This document shows, piece after piece, positions 1 through 12,424 of a stretch of DNA of 64,000 bases. The notes below the pieces were generated by a model. It saw nothing but the letters and a program-made list of their open reading frames with translations, was not told the DNA's origin and made no database searches. Every line of letters starts with the position of its first letter. Position 1 is the stretch's first letter. Source of the stretch: Vairimorpha necatrix (taxonomy: Eukaryota); NCBI GenBank assembly GCA_036630325.1, contig CP142734.1:124001-188000 (forward strand), in the 5' to 3' direction. The position numbers and the translations under genes are program-made.

Positions 1-2184
1 ATAATGCATAACTAATTGTTTATTTCGAAGATACTTTTTTTTAACTATGGGAATCACTATATTTGATAAATCCACCACATTAAAAAGTTGGGCATTTTTC
101 ACTGTTATAGATCTGATTTTTTTAGATAAAATTTCTTCTTCTTCTTTTTTATATTCATTAATTATCTCTTTATTGATATTCATAGTTATAGAATAAACTT
201 GAACAAAAAGTTCAGAACTTTTTTTGTATATTTTCTTTAATACTTCTTCCAAATCCATTTTTAATTTTTTTTCAAATTTTTCTCTTTTTCTGATGTCCAA
301 TAAATTTCCAGACTTTTTTTTCGCTGCATTATCCATAATTCTAATTAGATCATCATTATTTTGTATTCTGATTAATTTAGCAAGAAGTTCTTTTACACTT
401 TTAGTAAATTGAAGTATATAATGCTTGTCAATTATACCATTCTGAATATTTTGTTCGAGTATTTTCACTTCTTCTTTTAATATCGTTGTTGATTTTCTCG
501 ATACTTCTAAAGCTTCATTTTCAGATATTTTAATTAATGTTTTTATTGACAGATAAAGCCCTTCTCTATAGTAACCTCTTGACGCATTTTTTCGATATGA
601 TATATCGCTTGATTCATCAGATGGAATTAAAAAAACCAAAGAATTGTATTTTTGTGTAAAACACGACGCAGCTTTGTTTAAATCTTGCATTTTTTCAGTT
701 CCAGCAGATAATATTTCATTATAGTGACATTTTAATAATTCATTAATCATTGTTGCTAAGTTAAAAGTTTCCTTTGGGATACAAGACATTGGAGTGATCC
801 AATGCCAAAATCTGAAGGAAGTTTCTCGTGCTTTTAATAAATTTGCTATTCTCATCAATCTACTAAATATCGAATCTTTAACATCATTTTCTTTTATATA
901 ATTTTCTGCTTCATTAAACAAAAAAAATTTTATTAAATAGTTAGATGATGGGTATACCCCATCTGACAAATTATCTAATAATGTTCTTACTAGTTCTTTT
1001 CTGCGATCGATATTTATGTCCACATTTTCGATAATTGTATTTAATTCACTCACTTCTATTATCTCATGATACAATAAAACATGAGCAAAGATTATATTAG
1101 AGGCTGTTTCAGATTTTCTGAACAAAATCTTCGTATAGTTCTCAATTCCAACATCACAATTTATTAATCTGAAAAATAATTCTACTATTTTGCAGCTTTC
1201 TTTATCCTGTTTAAATTTTAAAATTTTTTCCGCAAATTCTACAATTTCATCATAACATTTTTCTATACCAAAATTTCTATTAGATTTAAAATATTCGAAA
1301 ATCTTAGACTTATGTAAAAATTTTACTTTGTCATTTTCTATCTCGATTTCAAACTTTTTATCATCAGACTGAATTTTGTTTTTTACACTATTTGGCATAA
1401 AATCATTATCTAATGTTTGTATGTCTTCAATATAAGAAAACATGTATAATTCATTAAACAACTGACAAATAAGATTATCTCTCGGGTCTAAATGATATTT
1501 TGTAGGCAAATATAAGTTAAATAATTTATAAACTCTCAATTCTTGAATATTTATTTCAAAATGATAGCAAATACTATTAACAATGATAAAAAAAGATAAA
1601 TATTTTTTACCGTTTTCTGATACAATCCTTGGTTGTTGATTGTCTCTATCTTGTTCATTTTGAATATTTTTGGAAAAGTTTTTCATTTTGAACACTTCGT
1701 AAAGGAAAGTATTTTTATGAATAATGAATTCATATGAAATTTTTGAACAATCTTTGTTTTCTTTTCTAATTCTATTCAATTTCTTTAGCTCATTAATTAT
1801 TTTCTTATAAGTTAGATTATTTTCCCAACAACTTGGATCATAGATTACTACGATATCTTTTAATCTAAGTAGAATAAATTTATGTATTAAAGCCTCTTCA
1901 AATTCATTGACAACATCTTTGATGCTCTTATTGACACATTTAACTTTTATATATTGTAAATATTCTTCTTTGTTGTCGTTAGAATTATGAGAAGAAATAA
2001 AAGAGACAAGTTCGTGAGTCGTCTTATCATATGTTAACTTTACCTCTAAGTATCGATTTCCTATATAAAATTTGTTAAATTCTCCAAATTTTAACTTATT
2101 TTGTAACGACATAAAAATTATAGAACAATCATCTTTTGATCCTTGTATAAATACAATCAGAGAAATTAACTTTGAGACATCCAT
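1..2184 (-). CDS. Large hypothetical protein (>728 aa), possibly secreted; runs off the left edge of the window
   Basis: Absent from the ORF track because no stop lies in the window. ATG at 2184 follows 'TTACCCTTAAA' (CCC motif). Manual translation starts MDVSKLISLIVFIQGSKDDCSIIF; the segments translated (1-1140 and 1801-2184) share one open frame. Confidence 0.8.
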   Translation of the reverse strand, partial: MDVSKLISLIVFIQGSKDDCSIIFMSLQNKLKFGEFNKFYIGNRYLEVKLTYDKTTHELVSFISSHNSNDNKEEYLQYIKVKCVNKSIKDVVNEFEEALIHKFILLRLKDIVVIYDPSCWENNLTYKKIINELKKLNRIRKENKDCSKISYEFIIHKNTFLYEVFKMKNFSKNIQNEQDRDNQQPRIVSENGKKYLSFFIIVNSICYHFEINIQELRVYKLFNLYLPTKYHLDPRDNLICQLFNELYMFSYIEDIQTLDNDFMPNSVKNKIQSDDKKFEIEIENDKVKFLHKSKIFEYFKSNRNFGIEKCYDEIVEFAEKILKFKQDKESCKIVELFFRLINCDVGIENYTKILFRKSETASNIIFAHVLLYHEIIEVSELNTIIENVDINIDRRKELVRTLLDNLSDGVYPSSNYLIKFFLFNEAENYIKENDVKDSIFSRLMRIANLLKARETSFRFWHWITPMSCIPKETFNLATMINELLKCHYNEILSAGTEKMQDLNKAASCFTQKYNSLVFLIPSDESSDISYRKNASRGYYREGLYLSIKTLIKISENEALEVSRKSTTILKEEVKILEQNIQNGIIDKHYILQFTKSVKELLAKLIRIQNNDDLIRIMDNAAKKKSGNLLDIRKREKFEKKLKMDLEEVLKKIYKKSSELFVQVYSITMNINKEIINEYKKEEEEILSKKIRSITVKNAQLFNVVDLSNIVIPIVKKKYLRNKQLVMHY

Positions 2185-5100
2185 TTTAAGGGTAACTCGG
2201 ATTTTAATTTATATACCAAAAATTTTGCATCATTTTTATAAAATATTGCTGTTAAGAATTGCAAAGGCCAAATAATGCTTGTCGCAGTCGACTAAATACT
2301 GACAAATCATATTCTTACAATTGGACTGATTGATTGACTGCTTAAAGTATTAAAAACATCTCCAAAGAGGAAGAATATAAGAGAAGAATCGACATTACTC
2401 TTTATCTAATACTTTTTTCGTTTGTTATCATAAAAAAACATTAGGTGTTTTTTCTGGTTTTTGAATGTAAAAAATAAATATTTTATTAAACTAGCTAAAG
2501 CTTTCCGATTTTAAACTGGATCTTATATATTTAATTATTGGATTTTAAAAATATTTGATAATTATTTAATTTACAATAAAATAAAAAATAGTGAATATGA
2601 TAAAAAAGGGTAAATGTGATTTTTTAAAAATTAAAAAAAATGCATTCATAGTAACATATAAATGAAAAATAAATTTTATAACAAGTAAAAACTTAACCTA
2701 ACAATTTATAATCTTTTTATGTTAAGATAAACAATATTTTATGAATTTTTCATTTTGATAAATAAATTCTCATGCAATTTTTATTTGGATAGTAAGAAAA
2801 ATCGAATTCTAAAAAAGAGCAGATTTTACAAAAATATTAACTTAGATTTTATATAAATTCATAACTAAGTAATATATAATTTCGAATCGTTATTATTTTG
2901 AGGTTTTAAAAAGTTTAATGTAATACGAAGTTCTTGTTTTGGAATCACAAACTTTATAAAAAATAGACACAAAAAAAAAAGAAATTAACTTTTTATTAAT
3001 GCATTGTGTTTGCATTCAGTTTCTTGAAATGAGACTTAAATATTATATATTGTATCTTTTTTAATCTTTTTGAATTTCCGTTTGGGAAGAAAAAATCAAA
3101 AAGGTGAAATTATGCTTTCAAATATCAAGACAATATTAAGATATCACATAAAAAAGATTTAAAACAGTCATAAATCTTGATTAAATTTTTATCAAATATT
3201 TAAAAACTCAATTCGTAGCACATGTTTTTATTTTATATTGTTCTATTGTAGTAAAAATTTTTGTAAGAGGATCATGTGAATTTTAAAAAACAATTTTGAC
3301 GAAAATTTAGAACTAAGTTTAAAAAAAAAATTATTAAAAATATAATTTATTGACACATAACATCCGCATTTTATTATTAAATTTTTTGTTTAAAGTTTAC
3401 AAAAATCCTAGTTTATTTTAAAATCGAAGATAAGAGTTTAAAAATTTTAAAATTAAAAAAAACGGAATACAAAATTAAATAATATTTTTTGTATATATGA
3501 ATGATGGTTTAGAGTATATTATGTAGATAACAAATCCCACGATGTATATATAATAGTATAAAATTTATTTTTACTCAAGGGCATTTCAATTAACTTTTAT
3601 AGATATCCACCAAGAGGTATAAAAATCTATGTTTGTTTAGAAACAAAATCTGCAATGGTTTCTTCTTTAACTAGAAATTTTAAACGAATTTTTTAATTAT
3701 AAAGAACAACATTTAAAAAACGGTCTACATAAAAAAATTAAAATTTATTTTTATTTCAAAAATATAATGCTTTAATTTATATCAGTAAAAAATTTTAGAT
3801 AATATATATCATACCTTCATTTAGAGGTTTTTCACTAATATGCATTGTATTTTATGTCTTTAATAAGTGATGTTAATTAAAAATCTCCTTTTAATCATAA
3901 AATTTAGGCACCCTTCCCCTACGCTTCAGAATAAGTTACCTGCTTCAAGAATTTTACCTTTGAAACAATTAGTTTTTTATTGTAAATATTTTTTTACTTT
4001 AAACTGTCAAAATAATAATACGTACCAAATAAACGAATCAAGTGCAACTAAAGAATAACACCGATAAGAACGACCCGAGTTAAATTCTATAATTTACATC
4101 TATTGAGGAATATTAATATATTTATTACTAGTATCTAACCAGATCATACAAGAATATGTAACCACTATCGAATTAGTTTTCATTTTTGTAATAGCACGAT
4201 CGATTTACTTGGTAACGGGATTACGTTAACCCGTGGCAATATTCTATGACAATCAAGGTCATATGCATTTTACTACTTACGCATCAAGTAAATGAATATT
4301 GTAACCTTTGGATAACGTGATTTAATTTAGAACATTAAATTTACAATAAAATCATAAAACGGTATAATTCGAAGACTCGGCAGACATCAAATTTGTAAAA
4401 GTCTCTATTCCTTCTTTATTTTTTTTTGTATTCGATATTCCACTGTTAACATTTTAGTTTTACATAAAATTCTATATTATAATTCTTTAAAGATAATTTT
4501 TTAGTTCATTCTGTTGAATAAAAAGTATTAAAAACTAGAGCTTTTTAAGTCTAAAAAAATGACAAATTCCAATAAATATATATTTCTATCCTATTAAAAC
4601 CCCCTTTCAGCAAAAATATATACAGACACAAATTGCGAAAGACACCCTATAGTTTTTGTGTTTAATATATGCGAATGTCAATTAATTGAGATCAACGATT
4701 CATATTAGACCTTTTTAAAGACTCATTATTGGCAGTGGAGATTTTTTTAATATACGTTAAATTTTAAAATTTCATAAGATATCTCCGTAACTTTATTTGG
4801 CGCACGTTTAAATTTTTGCATATTTACAACAATTGAGTTATATTCTTTGTAATTATTCATAAAAAGTATATTTTGTGTTTTCTTGTCTGTGTAAAGAAAA
4901 AAAATTTGCTATAAAATAATAATATTATTACTTATAAATTAGTTTTCATTTTTTAAACCATTTCTATTCAGAATTTTTTTTCAATAAAAAATTTTGCAAT
5001 TGTATATTGAATGTTAAAAACTTACTTTTAGTTTTACTATCTTAATAGTATACGTAAATTGTATTAATTGCATTTTCAATTTTTTTAACAGTTTAAATAC

Positions 5101-8100
5101 CATTAATATAAGTCTTTCTTAACCATATTGCTCATATATTAATCAGGTCTTTGTTATTTTCTTTCTGCTTTTGACCCCATGGTACTACATAGAAATGTTT
5201 TAAAAATCTTTACGTATCTATTAGATGTACAATTCGGCAAAAACCATGTTTTATATTATATTTCGTGTGAGGACAATATAGTTCATTAAAATTCAAATAT
5301 CTTGTTTGTTATTTTTTGCCGCAAATTTATATAATAGTGCGGGGAAACCTTTTAATAAGTTATTTATCTAAATTTTTTGGTTCGGCCAGGCTTATTTCAA
5401 GTTATCAATGATATGCAAATTAAGATATTTATCGACTACATGAAATCTGCTCTTTACATATTACTATATAGTTGTCCTTTAAGTTGTTGTAATTTAAATG
5501 TTTTATTTAGGCATACAACCTCTCATTGTTTCTTTTTCGCTGGTTACCACGTTTTCTCCGATTCAGCATTGTGTATCTTAAGACATCTTATCATTTAATT
5601 TTTATAACCACTCGGCATAAAATGGCCTTTATCTGCTTGATACAGTCTTTTATTGTCGTGATTAGTTATAGCATTTCTGTATATGCTTTCCATTTCGGTA
5701 TACTCATAGGATTTTAGATGCGGGAAAAATTAGTTACAATCTTGCCTCAAGTCATCATATTAAAATAAAACCCAATACTTTTTAATAAAGATATGCTATA
5801 ATATGTGCAAATAAATTCTATAAATGTTTATTTTATGTTTCTATCTCTTGCTTATTTTAAAGACTTTGATATTTGCTTCTAAACTGATGATATCGGCCTT
5901 AGATTTGTTCAGAACAAACATTTCGGAGTATAAAATTTTGTTTATATTAAATTGTGCCTACTCTAACGCATATCTCGACACGTATTTACTATATATCACT
6001 GAATGTCGAGGAGCAAATTTTTTAGCATTGTAAAATTGAAACAAGAAACCTAGCTCATAGTTTTAGCACAATGTACCATCATAGGGAACGATATATTTTC
6101 AAATTGTCTTTTATTCAGAATGCCATAAAATTTGCTTTGGTAACCAGAATCATGTCATGTTTGCAAAATGCTACTATATTATTAAAATTGTCATCTTTAA
6201 CACGCAATTATAGGTCGTCTAGTCTTTTTATTATATTCTCCTTTATGAGCTACACATAAGCTTTATTAATATCATCAAAAAGACTTTCTTATGTAAAATG
6301 CTTTATAAATTACTCTTGCTCTTATAACGTATTAAAAAAATTTATTTTAACATTTATTAATATTTCAATCATTTTTTTCGGTTTTATACTGCAATTTTTG
6401 CATTATTTAGCACATGATAGATGTTCGGCTTTTTGGTTTAGGAAAAAAAATTCTTTACGCCTTGAAACAATTTATTTCATCAATTCAACCACTATCCATT
6501 TAGAAAAGCAATCTTTCAATTTTTTGTTCTAATTATTAGATCTAATTCCATTTTTGACTATTTAGTTTATAATTTTTCTGTAACAGCTTGTTGACTAGCG
6601 TACTAAAATATATAATGACTTACTATATAAGTTATAGTAACGTGATATTATAGTTAGTCATATTGTTGAGTGTGATATCTCCTGCTTAGATATTGATGGT
6701 ATCTGTCGACAAAGTGTTATCTTTTTCTTATATAAAATATGATAATATTACGAGCAGTGTTGTTTATACAAATTCAAAAAATGTTTGTACACACAGTGAA
6801 GGAGATAACACAAATTACTTTCTAGATTAGAGTAGGCACGTAAATATCTACAAATATGAAAAATAACAAAATATGGCCTATATATTTTTTTTACTTTAGG
6901 TAAAGACAATTATAATAGTGCAAATTATAAAATTATTTTTTTTACTGCTAAAGAATAAAAAGTAAGAAAACGTTCATTGGCAAACGAACTAGTCTAATAT
7001 ATAATTTCAAAGAAGAGCTGTTCCTTTTTTTTGACTTTTTGGTGTTTTGTCCATGAAGAAAGTATATTAGAAAGAGGAAAACAATTTTGTATAAGCATCT
7101 TTCTTTTATTAACTCTATAATTACTTAAGAGTTTACTAGTTTGGAACGATGTAGAAATCTTTAAAAATACAGTTGTATCAACTCAGGCAATTTTTAAAAA
7201 ATGTACGAGAAGAATGATGACTGTACAACAAATTAGCACGAATATACATATTTCAACAATAAATTTAAATTGAAATCATATTCAAATACAAAAGAAGAGT
7301 TTTTTTGGAATAATACTATCAAAGCTTTTTTAATAACATTTTTAACAATTAAAATAGAATATAACATATTAAGCGAAATGCTTATAAAGTTTACTACATG
7401 AAATTACATGTCTTGTCGCCGTGTAAATATTATCAAAATTATAGTTGCTAAGTTTAATATAAACAATATTGTATGAACAAATAAATATAAAATAAACATT
7501 GAATTATGAGCAACCAGAGATATTATTTTCGATTAATATTTTTTACCAAATATTTTAGTTTGCAAAAAAAGCACTTAGAATTATTTTGCGCAGAAGCAAA
7601 TTTTAACGTCTATAAAGAAGCTGATAATTCAATAGTGTTATTTTAAAAGCTAAATTGTTTACTTATAGTAATTATTGCATACTTCTAATACCCTTCTGAA
7701 TCCATAAATTAATTACTATAGCAAACATTCACTGATAGATGAATTATTGACGCTAGATTGTCGCGATTACAGTAAATATGATAACATTAAATATATATTA
7801 TTTGACAACAACTACATTTTTAAGGAATAAATCTTATAGTATACTATGATTAACAATACTTACGTATGACAAAAATGATAGCAAGAGTGTATAAATAATA
7901 AAAAAATGCGTTTAATCTTGCAAGAAATTTTTATTTATAAATGTTAATTGTTTTTTTTCCTAAGACAAAAACATTTTTTAATATCAAGTTTTGATCAAAT
8001 TTGATTTTTAATATCTTTGAAAATAAAAGCCTTTTAATTAATAATTCAAAAACAAAATTAAAATTTTTATTAAATGTTATCTAAATTCAAATGCACTTCT

Positions 8101-8794
8101 GTGAAAAAAATGAATCATACACCATGAAAATACCCTGTTTTAAATGGTAGGAAAGAAAACCAAACAAGAGGCTATATGAAAAATTAATATAATTAAATTA
8201 AAATTATACAGTGTTGGCCAGAGAATGTAATTAAATTATAAGTCTAATATTATATTTATACAACATATAAAATTTAATATGATCCATAAAAGAAGTTTAA
8301 TCAAAAGTTTGTATTTTCAGCGTACCTTTTTCTTGCTTCGGTGTTAAACAATCAATTACTACAAATGAAACCTACTAAAATTAAGACTTTTGCAGCCTTT
8401 AAGGTAATTTTGTACAAAACTCTCGAATTTAAAACTTTATCACCAGATTTTTTATAAAATAAACAAAAATAATAGTAAAACTAACAGTCATTTTTAATTT
8501 TTATTAGCTTTACATTGCATCAAATTTGAATTATTGAATTTCATTTAAGAAAATACATCAAATCAGTAAAAGTGATTTCAACGAAGTCAATTCCTCAATA
8601 TTATCGCAGACATGTCAAAAATTAATCTAATAAAAAAGATGAGTATATTTTGATAAATATAATGATTACATCTTATAAGATTTCAATTTGCAACAAAAAC
8701 ACGTTTTTAAAATATAAAGATGTATAAAATACATTGAATATAATTGAAATTTGATATTTAAAACTATAAATAGTTTTTTTTTTGCTAACCCCAT

Positions 8795-9517
8795 ATGTTT
8801 TGGTATATTTTATCAATAAGTTGTACGAGATTTCCGGATGATAATAATGTTTATGACATATCTCGCATTTGGAAAATGTGCAAAGAAACTGAACAAGCTT
8901 TAGAATTGATAAATAGCCCTAATCAAATCAAAGTTCGCAAATATACTGGTCCTTGTCATAAATATGAATGGGAATATGAAGAAAATGGGGAGAAAATCAT
9001 CGTATATGGTAGTTTGGGAAAATTAAATTTAAAATTTAAAAACGAAAAGGAGAGAGAATATTTAGCAAACCAACAGAGATTTGTTATAAACTGGGCCGAT
9101 TATTACGATTATTTGGTTACGGAAGATTTGCCTAAACTTGTAAATACTATTAAAGACGAGATAAAAAATAAGAGAGCCACTAAAACCTTGCTTGAAAAAA
9201 TTCTGAATGTTGTAGAATTTTTTAAGTTTTTTGATGTACAAGAATGGGTAAAAAATGTTGAAGATAATGAGGATTATAATCATGTATTAAGATTTCATCA
9301 ATATATACATGATAAAGCTAGCGGCATTAATGATGAGGTTTATAAAGAATTTAAGGCAGAATATAAAAAGCAGTATGGCAATCAACCTATAAGACAGGAA
9401 ATACTTTTAATTAGAAGTAAAATTAATGAAACAGATGAAATCTTGGAAATAGTTATGGGTAAACTTGAAGACGCCATTAAACTGAATAATATGATATTGG
9501 AAATATTAAAGAGATAA
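8795..9517 (+). CDS. Hypothetical secreted protein (240 aa), family A
   Basis: ORF preceded by AACCCCAT-ATG; short hydrophobic N-terminus MFWYILSISC; paralogous pseudogene at 15637. Confidence 0.85.
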   Translation: MFWYILSISCTRFPDDNNVYDISRIWKMCKETEQALELINSPNQIKVRKYTGPCHKYEWEYEENGEKIIVYGSLGKLNLKFKNEKEREYLANQQRFVINWADYYDYLVTEDLPKLVNTIKDEIKNKRATKTLLEKILNVVEFFKFFDVQEWVKNVEDNEDYNHVLRFHQYIHDKASGINDEVYKEFKAEYKKQYGNQPIRQEILLIRSKINETDEILEIVMGKLEDAIKLNNMILEILKR

Positions 9518-10879
9518 AATGATTAAAATATTTTATTGAAACGAAAAAATTATCTTTTTAACATTTAAGTTTTGGGGGGAACCAAAATTTGATGGACAAT
9601 TTTATTTTCTTTATTTTTAAATTTCCTAAAAAATTTGTTTATTCCCAAAAAATATGATAGCCACATCGCAAATTTCTCACAGGTTTCTATTTTCATAATT
9701 AACACCTTTTAAACGTTCAAACTATCCAAAATCGAACATTCTAGTTCTTATGTTTTTTTCATACGAACAATATTCCAAAGAAGGTGTGACCAAACACTTA
9801 CAATATGGACCTTCATATAATTATGTTGGAATTTCATTTTTTTACAACACAATGTTGTCTTTATTAGATTTGTAGTCTTTGATAGAGGCTTTATGACGAT
9901 GAATAAAAATAAACCAAATGTTGAGTAATCTGTATTGGTTTTTAAATAATACGGTTAGTATATTTCGATTTTAATTGATTGTGCATCTCTAGCCTTTATG
10001 ATATCCTCCTTTAAAAAAATATTTTTAGGTAATTGCAACTTTTACCCTTACAATATCTTTTTCGCTAACCCTTCACATTTTAAAGTTCTTATTCAAATTT
10101 CTATGGTCGAATAATAATTTTTTAGTGCTAAGAAAAGAAGCTGACATTTTCGTATTTTAACATTACTTTATTGATAATTATTTAAATATAAGTTTGAAAT
10201 ATATTTTTTATAGAGTTATAAGACAATTAAATGAGCTTTTCGCTACAAATGTATATGTAATAGTTAATGTTCAAATATAAGAAAAAAATGACTTCAAATC
10301 AACGAAAATTTTTTATAATTTAGAATTATCACGTAAAACTAGACAGATCATGGGTTTCCGATAATTCTAATCTATACAAAAAAATTTTTCATTTACTGTA
10401 AAGGGGTAGAAAGTTTTGTTATTATAAAAAAGGATCCCTATTTAGAATTCAAAAAAATCTTACAATTGAAAAACAAAAGACTTAAAATTTTTCTTTCTGA
10501 GATGTATATTTCAGAAAAACATTTAATATATTTTTTAGAGTCAAATGTTGTGCGTTCAAAAATCAAAAAAATATAAAGTTAGATATTATTCTTTATCTAT
10601 TTTAATTTATCTTTTCGTTTAACCAGTAATTAAAAATAATAAAATTATAAAAAATAGCTATTATTTTCAATGTATAAAGTATCACGTATTGTTTTTTAAT
10701 AAAAATTTGCTATTGCGCATTAGATTGTTATCTTTATACATAGATGCTGTTCACTGAGAAGAATTCTTTCTTTAGTCTCAAACTTCGAAAAACAAGGCTA
10801 GAAGCAATAAATTTACTTTCGTATGGTTTTAATTTCTTTGAAATCGTTATTATTAGTTCAATCTTGTACTATATATAAA

Positions 10880-12080
10880 TAATAGATGCTACACCAGAAG
10901 AATACAAGATCATATACGACAACATCAGAAAATTATTGATTAAATATTACGTCCATCAACAACCTGCAACTAAAGAAAGATTATATCTCTCCAGAGCCGA
11001 ACTTGGAAGAGGGCTCCAATGCGTAGAACATAAAAGTGAAAGAATGCTTTTACAACTAGCCAAAGAATTTGAAAGACCGAAAGAAGCTGTTCTAAGACGC
11101 AGAGCGATTTTCCACTCCGAGAAAACTGGCTACACATATCTATCCACCATAGAAGGATATATAAAAGAGAAATAAAAACTTAAGGAAAACGTAACAGCTA
11201 AAATATTAATAGAGAGTCAAACCGAATCTCTTTATAGCGATATAAAAATAAAAACAAACCATTCAAAGCTATTTAGCCAAGAGACAAACCACTAATTGAT
11301 ATAAAACAGGCTGCACGTGGCTCACAAAAGGAAATATACCCGAGAGAGGAAGGCAATTTATGTGCATTACAGGACCGAAATATTTACTTAGAGAAACAGA
11401 CAAAATGCCCACACTGCCATGAATATGCAAAGACAGTAGATCATATGGCCACCCAATGTGATCGTATGCTTTCACATGATTACATGAGATGGCACAATGA
11501 GGCACTGCGATGCATCCACCTGCAGTTGTGTAAGACGTATGGTCTATCCCATGCCAAAAGAAGTAGAAATCATTCAGTACAGAAATGTGTAGCTAATGAG
11601 TATGTAAAGATACGAGTCGACAGTAGGATACATTCAAGTATTATAATAAAGTATAACAAGCCTGATATACTAATTGTAGACAAGTTGAGGAAAGAAGTGA
11701 TCGTTGTAGAAGTTGGAATCACAAGTTTAACAACCTCCATGCAATAGAAACAGAAAAGAAACATAAATACGACTTGCTCGCAAATAATGTGGCTTCTCTC
11801 TATAAATACAAGCCGAAAATTATTCCTTATGTGATGACGTGGGATGGAATAGTAACTAATTTTCACCGTAAGCATATCAAAGTTCTCAGATTAGAATCCA
11901 GAACGGAAGCATATATACAGTAAGAGTCCTTAAAATGACTTTAGAAAACCTAACTATGTCAGCCAGACATGGGCTTGATACAGATCAGGAAGGGGTCTTC
12001 GAGAGCCCAATGAGTTAATCTCAGAAGGAAGTCCTGGAACTGCCAGATGAGACTGCAAGCGTATTTTGTGAAAAGTAATT
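10880..12080 (+). mobile_element. 5'-truncated, frameshifted non-LTR retrotransposon with restriction-like endonuclease (R4/Dong/NeSL-type)
   Basis: Post-RT motif ERLYLSRAELGRGL, CCHC-like CPHC...TVDHMATQC, RWHN, endonuclease KPDILIVD...VVEVGIT, then KYDLLAN and IIPYVMTWDG across frames. Boundaries approximate. Confidence 0.8.
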
Positions 12081-12376
12081 AATAAGCCGAATATAATACC
12101 CAAATAAATTATATATACACTAGGATAATTCTTAATTGATATTTAATAGTCGATTAATTTTAATGTAACTTTAAATTCTTAAATTAATCAAAAATTTTAA
12201 ACAAATATTAACAAAAAACTCAATAATATTTTCGATCATATGTCAAACTTCAATCTATTGGGAATAGATTAAATTCTTTTGTTTTTTAACTAACAAAAAT
12301 TTATTGAACCAAATTTTCTCATATTAGACACGTCCTATAAAATTTCATTCATACATAAATCACAATTAATATAAAT

Positions 12377-12424
12377 TGTGATATATTTGTATAATTTCTA
12401 TCCCCATTATGATAAATAAAGACA
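12377..12424 (+). repeat. 5' LTR (48 bp)
   Basis: TGTGATATATTTGTATAATTTCTATCCCCATTATGATAAATAAAGACA; TG...CA ends, immediately followed by the TGG-initiated PBS. Confidence 0.93.

Noticed and set aside
5100-6500. Possible decayed retroelement coding remnants (also 25200-25900 and 53000-53200)
   Set aside because: Only isolated weak motifs (e.g. KETLAIV, IRHCTLE); not assignable without a search.
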